Shown piece by piece: positions 9,086-18,300 of a stretch of DNA of 64,000 nucleotides (positions within the stretch are counted from its first letter, which is position 1; each line of letters starts with the position of its first letter). The translations under genes were made by a program, and so were the position numbers. The stretch covers positions 36,520-100,519 of IMG/VR virus record IMGVR_UViG_3300049844_000277; one strand, 5' to 3'. The notes below the pieces were generated by a model that was not told the origin of the DNA, searched no databases, and saw only the letters and a program-made list of their open reading frames with translations. The DNA is from a virus.

Positions 9086-10885
9086 TTAGTAACGCCCTTC
9101 CGGACCCATCCCAAATTCAGCCCCATAAGCATAGGCGGGTACCGGATGCGTACTGTGTAAATCAGACGCAGCGCCGGTTCGTGCCCCCTGCAGAAGGGAA
9201 TCCTTTAGATATCGGTGAGCCAAGCGCGCCATCCAGTCAGGATGTAGCAGTGGATTACGTGCCATCGGACGCATCAAAAATTCTACCCGAGGTAATGTAG
9301 TGGCGACAGATACTTCCGAAATTTTATGCTCATTCAATTTCTGTATAACTGATGGTGTTAACGGAGTTCCGGCGGTGAAGTGAAGAACTTCTTTACCGAG
9401 TACACCACCCTCCGCCTGCTTCAACGGAACAGATTTACTGTGCCGTGCTGCGGCATCTCTATACGTTGAGTAAGGAATAACCTCGCCCTTTACCAACGTA
9501 GGATGCTCATCAGTATGCTCGAGAACTTTGACGTGGTTGAGGTCCGCGCGGGCAACCAACTCAAGGTGCCGCTTGTCGACATTGAGTCCTTGTCCATGAT
9601 AGATGTCGTGCAATGTGTCCACGAGGTACTGTCGTCCGACACCAAAGCCCTTGTGATGAATGAGCTCGTCTGGTTTCGGAATTCCTTCTGATAAGACATC
9701 CCCCGCCTCTACTTTCTGTCCCACATGAACTAAGATTTTTAAGTTTGGTCCGGCGTAATGTTGTAAAGCATCAACATGCACGTATGTTCCACCGTGCGGA
9801 GCTGGGATTATTTTTGTAATAGTACCTGCGTGCTCTGCTAGCGGTGCTTTATTAATGAAGGTCTGGGGGATTTCCAAAAGCTGACGGATACCAGACATCC
9901 CCTCTAACTTGGGGGATGTACCTTTGAGTAACCGCATACCGTGCTTAGCGCCGAGCGCCATTTGAGTCAACGGTTCGGAGATAGACTGGGCGGCACGGAC
10001 TCCGACGTTAACACCGATAGCGTGCGGACGTCCTCGCTCATCTAGACCCTGGCACTTACGACAGACGCCATCCTTGGTGACGCAGGTCATTGGTGAACGC
10101 ACGTACACTGTACTGACCTTTGCCTGAAGCTTAGACGCCACTTCTTTTGTAACTAAATCATTCCGATGAAATCCAGCCTGGTCTCGAGATAAATAGCGGT
10201 CAACAATATTTCCATCGGAACTATTCATTGCGAGACCGTTATCAGTTCCGCAATCGTCCTGGGTAATAACCAGCGGATACATATTGTTGGTCATCACCTT
10301 AGACATATCGCCAGGCTCTGCGATGGCCGTATAGGTTTGTACGATGTTATGTCGCGCTTCGTTTCCTGCGGCCCAATGGTCAGCAGCGGACAACCCTTCG
10401 GCGTAGGACTTACTGATTAGCCAGGGATTTATCTCCCCTTTGCTTGTCGTAGTCGCAACCGGGGACGCAATGGTTTTCATCAGCTGCGGAATATTGCCGC
10501 GCGCACCCGACAATGCCATCGAGGTCATAGAACCTGGATGCTTTTTGGTGTGCTCAAGCATCTTCTTTTGTACATCTAAAATAATCTTCTCTTTGGCGTC
10601 TCTATTGTCCGCGTTTTTAATTGCGGCGACAGCGGGCTGCATGATGCTGTCGCGTTCTTTGTACTCCGGCGTAATGTCATCCAACCCTACAGAGACACCT
10701 TCAAGCGTAGAGATGTCGTCCCCTAAGGTTTTTAGCTTAGAGACAATTTCTACGTATTCGGCAGGATCTTCCTTGGCCAAGTCCAACATTTTCTGTTGGA
10801 ACTCTTTTTTATTTAGTGTGCCCGTAATGTGATGCTTCCCGGGCAGCAGGCTATTGACCAGAAACCTACCTAACGGCTGAGCCAT
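9086..10885 (-). CDS. rpoC: DNA-directed RNA polymerase beta' subunit, C-terminal half (separate polypeptide)
   Basis: Translation contains the conserved beta' C-terminal blocks: GVSVGLDDI, MALSGARGN...QL (trigger-loop region), ITQDDCGTDNG, MTCVTKDGVCRKCQG, GVRAAQSISEPLTQMAL, and the terminal ...ARNPLLHPDWMARLAHRYLKDSLLQGARTG region. Confidence 0.85.
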   Translation of the reverse strand: MAQPLGRFLVNSLLPGKHHITGTLNKKEFQQKMLDLAKEDPAEYVEIVSKLKTLGDDISTLEGVSVGLDDITPEYKERDSIMQPAVAAIKNADNRDAKEKIILDVQKKMLEHTKKHPGSMTSMALSGARGNIPQLMKTIASPVATTTSKGEINPWLISKSYAEGLSAADHWAAGNEARHNIVQTYTAIAEPGDMSKVMTNNMYPLVITQDDCGTDNGLAMNSSDGNIVDRYLSRDQAGFHRNDLVTKEVASKLQAKVSTVYVRSPMTCVTKDGVCRKCQGLDERGRPHAIGVNVGVRAAQSISEPLTQMALGAKHGMRLLKGTSPKLEGMSGIRQLLEIPQTFINKAPLAEHAGTITKIIPAPHGGTYVHVDALQHYAGPNLKILVHVGQKVEAGDVLSEGIPKPDELIHHKGFGVGRQYLVDTLHDIYHGQGLNVDKRHLELVARADLNHVKVLEHTDEHPTLVKGEVIPYSTYRDAAARHSKSVPLKQAEGGVLGKEVLHFTAGTPLTPSVIQKLNEHKISEVSVATTLPRVEFLMRPMARNPLLHPDWMARLAHRYLKDSLLQGARTGAASDLHSTHPVPAYAYGAEFGMGPEGRY

Positions 10886-10891
10886 GGGAAT

Positions 10892-11308
10892 CTATCTCGC
10901 CCCGTATGGGTCATTAGGAGGCGGAGGTTGTTGAGGTTGAGACGGTGTCATGGCCTGCTGTATGCCCATCATAGCTAGGGGAATAGACGCTTGAATCGCC
11001 ATATCCCGCCCAAAACTTTTTAAACCTGATTTCCAACCACCTGGCTCTTGGGCTGGCGTTGCGGGGACCTCAGGTGTCTTTGGTACAGTGTCCGCAGACG
11101 TCACTGCCGGATTGGCGGTACCACCAAAAATAGGCGGCTTGCCTGCTGGCTGCTGTACCGGCGCTGCTGGCGATGTCTTCGGCGTAACAGGTTTGCCCTT
11201 CTGACCCTTCGCGAAGCGCAGCATCTGAACGGGCGCAGGCGCAGCCGTTTTCGTAAACGTCATCCACGCATCAGTAGTTCCCACAGAATAAAAGATATCG
11301 GCAATCAT
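10892..11308 (-). CDS. Hypothetical Pro/Ala-rich protein (138 aa) inside the split-rpoC locus
   Basis: ORF whose start overlaps the upstream stop (ATGA); low-complexity PA-rich sequence. Confidence 0.35.
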   Translation of the reverse strand: MIADIFYSVGTTDAWMTFTKTAAPAPVQMLRFAKGQKGKPVTPKTSPAAPVQQPAGKPPIFGGTANPAVTSADTVPKTPEVPATPAQEPGGWKSGLKSFGRDMAIQASIPLAMMGIQQAMTPSQPQQPPPPNDPYGAR

Positions 11309-11664
11309 ATCGCAGCTCCGTCCCGACCAATGCCGGAGTAATCATACGTAGGCGAGCCGCCGCTCCAAGGACTTGATACTCCGCCCCATCGTACGGGGTT
11401 CCCAAAACGCTCGCGACGTTTATCACGCTCAGGGGAAATCCCCGGGTCCATGTCCGTAAGATGCTTAGCTAACCGCTCCGCGGCTACGTTCATATCCCCG
11501 TGCGGAATAGCATGCTGCATGGCATGAGCGGCGGTTCTCACGCCGAAATCTTCTTCTGCGCGAATTCTACCTTCAGCGTAAGCTAAATTCGTCATACGAA
11601 AACCTAGGCTACTCTCGCCCACTACGCAATCGATTAGGTGTAACAGCGTTCTCTTTCCAACCAA
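11305..11664 (-). CDS. Hypothetical protein (119 aa) inside the split-rpoC locus
   Basis: Intact ORF, ATGA overlap with the downstream gene. Confidence 0.35.
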   Translation of the reverse strand: MVGKRTLLHLIDCVVGESSLGFRMTNLAYAEGRIRAEEDFGVRTAAHAMQHAIPHGDMNVAAERLAKHLTDMDPGISPERDKRRERFGNPVRWGGVSSPWSGGSPTYDYSGIGRDGAAI

Positions 11665-11750
11665 CTAAAGCTTCGCGCTTTTTAACGGCATCCTTTAGTT
11701 TCTGCGCTAATTCTTCAGCGGCGATGCGCTGTCCTTCCTCGTAAGCGTAC

Positions 11751-12380
11751 TTAAGTACCGGCTCCACGGGAACCTCCTTCACAGAACATCATTCGCCGTA
11801 GGTCATCAGCATGCTGCTGGTCAGTAAGGACCATTTGCTCCAGCATGACCTTAAGCGACAAATTATCTCCGGCCATGTCTGACAGATGTCGTAACTCTTC
11901 AATCAATTGCTTCTCAGTTTGTAGAAGAGTCATGAAAATCTGGTGGAGGTCACTCATGTTCGGGATGACACCTACCTTAGGAATAGGTTCTCCGCCTAAC
12001 GCCGTAATCTTCATTGCGAGATGGTAGGCGTCCATCCGCTCTTCTTTGATGTGCTCTTTAAAGTGGTCGTAGATAACATCTCTAAAGTGCGCACGAATAC
12101 GATCGCCATAATTCATATACATGAAGATGATGGTATATTTGTAGCGCAGCAACTTATTACACTGAGCCACTACCTTATCCTGGGCAACCGCGAAGAATCC
12201 TTCCTCGGCCGATACAGCAAGAGGATGAGCACCAGCAGATGCTGTGGCAAGCGGAGGCATGGCGAACATCTCCTCCGTGTGCGGGGATGACTCCATTGTG
12301 TCCGCCATTGGACTGCTAGGAACTGGAAGACTCGAGCCACTCTCAGCCATGGAAGTACCCACTTTGTAGCGCTGCGTCAT
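11751..12380 (-). CDS. Hypothetical helical protein (209 aa) immediately after the rpoB-rpoC fusion; weak ferritin-like E/H spacing
   Basis: Start ATG overlaps the fusion-gene stop (ATGA). Paired E...H residues (KEHIKEERMDAYH, EQMVLTDQQH), but no clean ExxH pairs. Confidence 0.35.
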   Translation of the reverse strand: MTQRYKVGTSMAESGSSLPVPSSPMADTMESSPHTEEMFAMPPLATASAGAHPLAVSAEEGFFAVAQDKVVAQCNKLLRYKYTIIFMYMNYGDRIRAHFRDVIYDHFKEHIKEERMDAYHLAMKITALGGEPIPKVGVIPNMSDLHQIFMTLLQTEKQLIEELRHLSDMAGDNLSLKVMLEQMVLTDQQHADDLRRMMFCEGGSRGAGT

Positions 12381-15300
12381 GTACCCACCTCAACTCGAGT
12401 ATTGAGCGTAATCTCCCCGCGCTTATAGGCGGCGAGAGCTTCTTCTCTATTTTTGAAATGGCGTACTTTATCGTTCGCGGAACTCTCGGCTTTGGACGCC
12501 AAATGTACCCCAAGCATAGCTTCCATTCGTGGCGCTACCATCAAGCTATCTTTTTCACGGTCCGAGAATAGAAGGTTTGAGAGAGTCATCCCCTTCACTT
12601 CATCTATCGCGGGCTTCAGTACGGGAACGTGGATTTGGAATGTGTCCCAAACTACGAGGCCGTCGTTGACCGCGAAAATTTGTGTGTCAGGAACAATAAG
12701 GTCATAGACGGTTTCTTTTCTTAATACCTCGACCGACTCTACTAGATCCCAGGTAATTCCAACGTTCTCAACGATCCTTGCCCAAGCATCGACATCTGGT
12801 GTTTTGGCCGTCCGGAAAAAATGCAACATACGCCGAGCGTTTTGCCTCGTAACGTATGGAGCCTCTTTTCGTTTAGATCGTAGCGTAGCCAATGATGCGC
12901 AGAACGAACTATCTTCCGCGCACGGACCAGTACGGCTGGAGGCGAGGGTCATTAGATTTTTAGGAACAGGAACAATATCCACCTGATCCACAAGTTCATC
13001 AGCTTCTAGGAGGTTCAAAGCCTCCAAAGATTTAGAGTTGTTCCAAATTCCTCTACGAAGCCAGGACACGTTACGCTGGAGGTCTACGGTACTAATAGGT
13101 ATCGTATAAGCTACAGCTTTTTGGAGACGTCCCTCCTTCGGATATGCTTCGCTCACAGAACACCGGACGCCGATAGTTTGTAACAAAAAACGTAATGAAG
13201 CTGCTAACGCAGCAGACGACGTGTGAAGGGCGGCCATCACTTGAAGTTTTGCCTTACCGGCGCTGACAGTGAGTGTACCGTCACCGTTCAACATTCCGAT
13301 GAGCACACCCCACCGAGCCTCCTCAGACCAGTCCCCAAACGCTGGCACGCGTTTCGAGAGACAAGAGCGTCCGGGTACCCTCTCATCTAAGTAACAAGTC
13401 TTGAACAGCTCAACGCACTTCTGCGCACCACTAAAGTGGTCTTTGATACTTTGTCCTGTTATTCCGTTAGATGCGTCGTGTACCTCACGATACGTATTTC
13501 GCTTAATGAGCTTACCCTCAAACGCATTCACCGCGGCAGCAAAGCGTTCACGGTGCACGTCACTAACTTTCGTGTACCCGAAATAATGATCGGTTTCACC
13601 CAGTAAGAAACCGTCGGACAAGAATGCGCCGACCATCCATCCAAACTCAAAATCCCCCTGTGACCCCGTTAACGGTAAATGCCGCACAACCGGAGCTAAC
13701 TTTCCAACGGAATCCGAGGGCGCTGTTGCTTCGATCTGACCTGTTTCATGGTTATAAATACACAACGACTCATTCGTCGACGCCGTAACGCTTAAACCAC
13801 GACGCATTTCTACTTTCGCCACTTCGCATCCGTCTTCAATCGTAAGTCCTGTCACCGGGGACATTACTGATTTACTTGCGGAGTGGTCGTAAGAAAGAAC
13901 GCGAAAACCCTCCGGAACGGCGTAACTGCGAGCACCATTCTTGTCGATACTATAGGGCTCCTCAGCGTGTGGAATCTCTTGAAGCTCCGCTTCCACCAGC
14001 GCCTGTACCGCTGAGGTCCAACAAACACGAGTCTCTGCCGCGAATTTCATGGCTGTCTCCTTGGCTTCATCGCCAAGGAGCGCTTTACAAGCCGCACCTT
14101 CTGCTGTCAACACAACTTTCGTCGAACCCAAGAAACAGTTTCCATCGTAATCCGCATTGAAGCCAAGCTCTGCGAACGGATTTACGCGAATCGTCTTCCC
14201 CGCAACAGGGACGGCGTGAGCGCCAATAAACCCGTACCGGTGGAGAGTCGGAGCGCGATTCACCATCACCGGACGCTCCTTAATCTCCGCCATCAACGCG
14301 TCGTGCGCTGCCGGATGTTTCTTTTCCAACATCTCTTTCGCTTGAATGGCTCCGAAGCCGCGACGGATAAGGCGTGAGATAATAAACTTCCCGTACATGC
14401 CCCAAAGCATGTCTATCGGAATACCTATCTCATCCATGCTCAGAGAGCCGTCTGGAGCTATGGTTCCGCGGCCGGAGATATCTTGCTGCCGCTTCATTAT
14501 TCGTTTTTGGAAAAAGGAACTGTTCCCCGATACGGAAGGTTTACCGTTACGGCGAACAACTACAGTACCATTAGGGACTGTCACACAATACACGGTTCCT
14601 TTGTACGGGTACGCCTCGGTAAAAGAGCCCGACTCAATGGTGACATCAGAAAACCCCCGCACAGAAAAAAGATAATGCGGGAGATGGTGATCCTTAACTG
14701 GCGGACAAATTCCTCTAAAAATAACTTGGTAACCTATTTTTGCAGCGAGATGCTGTAGGTCATCAATTAATTGTAAACTAGCGGTACCGGCGTGAGCACT
14801 CAGCGGTTTACGCCGATAATGGGTTTTCGGGTTTTTCACGTTCTTCGCTAACGAAGGGTGAAGGGTTCCATCTCCACGCAGATATCCGCGCAATAATCCC
14901 TCTAACATAGCAGAAGGCCACGCTAAAATATCTGAAGATAAGTGTTTACTCTCGCACCCACGCCCGCAATGATGCGTTAACCAATCCGCCAGTGAGCGTA
15001 ACCTAATAGTCCACCAGATTACCTGGTATCCATCTTTACGCGTATATGTTTTGCGTACAAAGGGAATATCCAATTTTTTAAAGCACAAATCCACCGCGCG
15101 AACGTGTGGAGACGTTGCGGCTTGACACAAAGAAACCTGGGTTCCTGTTGTGGAAATCCAACCTTCCGCAATCCACCAACCTACAAACTCCGCAAAGGCC
15201 AAAGGATCTGGAGTAAATGTTCCTACTAAATTAGCCGTACGCCGTTTTTTGTTATCCGTAGAAACTTCACACGTATCTCCCGCGAAAACCAACTCCGGAA

Positions 15301-18300
15301 AAGTACCCTCCCACTCCTCAGCGCTAACCATTACCCTCCGGCGGTCCGTGCCTATAAAAGTATCCGCGCGTACCTTTTCCCACGGAGTCCAGACATAGAG
15401 CGCCTTACCGTTACTTACGCGCTTACGGCGATACGAGACTACATGTTCGTGGTTAGGTGTTACACATAAATCAAGTTCACGGCTGCGCGTATGTATCAGA
15501 TCTCCGTCGAACGGCATGGATACTAACGCGGTCGGCTTCTGCCATTCAAATTCCCGGGTGTCTAAGTTAACCGTAGCGACACGAGTTTTTCCGGTGTACT
15601 TAGAAAAACGAACCCACCCTTTTTCTGTAAGAATATCTGTTTGATCATCGTAACATTTTGGCGTAGTTTTCCCGGTAATATGCTCGAGAAATCCCTTTAC
15701 GTTTCTCTTTTGGAGTTTGGGGTTATCTGATTCGTGCGTACCAATCACGGCGCCTACCGCGTGAAACAAGTTCTGACGAAGCTTCGCTTGTTCATCCGGC
15801 GGAAGAATTGGAGATTCAATTTGCTTCCGTAATGACTGATTATGAAGGATAGCGCTTTGGTACAGGTAGTTCGAATCACCTACTACGAGCTCAGAGCCAC
15901 TCTTCCCCGGAAGAATGGGTCGCATTATTGGAGGAAGAACAGGCAACTTGGATAGGACGTACGCATCTCCCGGCTTGAGCTCCTGCCGATTCAGCGCCTC
16001 AAGGAACTTCAACTGCTTTACTGCGTCATCTAGCTTCGTACCGGAGAGCGACTTAATAGAGTTACGGAGCTCCGCGATACGCGCCTTAACGTCGATAGCG
16101 TTAAGCTTTTTCTTTACCGCAGCGCCACCATTCGTATGGTGATACTGGTCAAAATCTTTCGCGGTCATCCCCAGCAAGCGACGGGCAGGGTCGGCGAATA
16201 CAGGATTTACAACGGGCTCGGCGAGCTCAATGTGGCTCCACCGTGTTCCAGTGGTACCGCCAGTAACCGCGGGGTCAAACAATCCCCCACGTTCAGCGGC
16301 CAAATCTTTAGCGCGTACTAACTTCTCATTTTGTACTTCGCCAGATGACATCCGTAGAATGTCTTTATCGGTAAGCGGAGAGAGCGTGCTGATACTTCCA
16401 CGCGAATCAACTTTGACCCCTGCGCCATGCAGCATACCGATGAACTTGTCATAAACGAACGACGACTTGAGTGGAGGGAGAGGCAGTCCCAGCTGAATCG
16501 CCCGCCAGAACTCATCGTTCTTCTGGCTCTTAATAGCCGCCGTCTCTCGAAGCACGTTCCGCGCATTATGTGCAACGAGGGCATTGAACTCCATTTTACC
16601 GACGGCTTTCGCGCCTTCGTCACCGCCCTTAATTGGCTGCTGATTAACGTCGTACGCACCCGTACCGCGCGCGGCGTAGTTGGTCTCCGTGGTCTTAAAC
16701 AAGCGAAGTACGTATTGCGGCCCAACCAGGATTCCCGGAATCTTTTTACCCGACACAGGGTCTATCAGCGTTTCCTTGTCCTTGACCTTGTGCTCCTTCA
16801 GTAAATCCTTTGCCCACTGTACGTTGTCACGCCCTGAAAAGTTTTCAACGACAATAGGTTTACCGATTTTCTTGGCAACCTTAGCGACACACGTCTCTAG
16901 TATTTGCGACGGATTGATTCGGGAAATTACGCCAGCCGAGGTATACAAAACCTCAATCGGCTTACCCGTCTCATCTTGAAGCATCTTGTGATCGGGAACA
17001 ATAAGGGAAACAACGCCCTTGTTTCCGTGGCGTCCTGTGTTTCCGCACCATACTGATTTACCATTTCTGCGAACATACAAAACATGTCCAGGAACAGTTA
17101 CACAGTAAACTGGTGATTTGTACGAATCTACAAAACATTCCACCTGACCCTTCTGTCGTTTGATATGTCCATGATTCACAGTAGGTGTTAATTTCGAATT
17201 AATAATTCGTACCTGCCAATAATCACGACACCAAAAATCTTTACCTTTGATTGTTTGATACCCTTCAGCTTTCGCTAACGACACATTAGCAGCTTTACCA
17301 ATATGTAGTGCGAGACGCTGAACATCATCCGCCAAACGTTTGGATGTTGTTTTGTAGCATATCGGTTGGCCATTTTTAGTATGACCGTCACCCCACATCA
17401 ACCAGTTGAATAGCGTCTCTTGATCCGCTCGAGACCAAGCGAACACCTCAAGCGGGATAAATTTCTCGTAAGACTTACCGAACTGTTTAAAGTACTGCCA
17501 ATATTGCTTGGAATGAATACGAACCTTATCACCTGTGTCCGTGAATAAAATCCCTTCCTCACGAAGAAACTTTTCTAACTGTTTTCGATTTGGCTGATTA
17601 ATTTGCGTAATCTCTATGCCGTAAGTACCGGATTCTTCAATCGTAATGAGATTACCTTCAGATAAAAACGCACCGAGAAGAGCGGCTAAGGTTTTAGTCG
17701 GAAGCGCTTTATCATCTAAAACACGTAAACCCCGGCCCCCTTGTCCCGCGCGCACAGTTATCGAGTCAAATACAAACGACTCAGGAGAGTGCCCCACCCA
17801 AATCCCATCCTTCTTATAACTGACCCTTTTTCCTGCGATTTCATACGCCGGTAAAAGTTGGAAAGATTTCTCGTTGCGCGGTTGAACGTACATATGATGT
17901 CCGTCGGTCACAAACAAATCTACCTGTTGTGATTCGATGCGGTACATCCGTCCGCCTTCTGGATACGAATGAATTGCGTCGGGCTCTAGGTACTCGATAT
18001 TTTCGCCATTCTGTAACGTACAAATCTTATCCGTAATACGTACATCCGCTATCGGTTTCCACCCTTCCCACGTGAGAACCTCAGTCTCTGCATCATAACA
18101 GAGCTTGTCTCCGACGCGCATCGGCTCACGGGTCTTAACCGTTACAACGACACGCTTGTCCGTCACATAAACATCCATGACTTCACCTTCGAAGTCGTGG
18201 TCCCACGTACGAACAAGTTCCCGATACGGCGTAACTAACGTCTTCTTTAGGTTACCGAGAAGCGCATCAGACGCCGAAAGTTTACCTCGTGTGACTCCAG

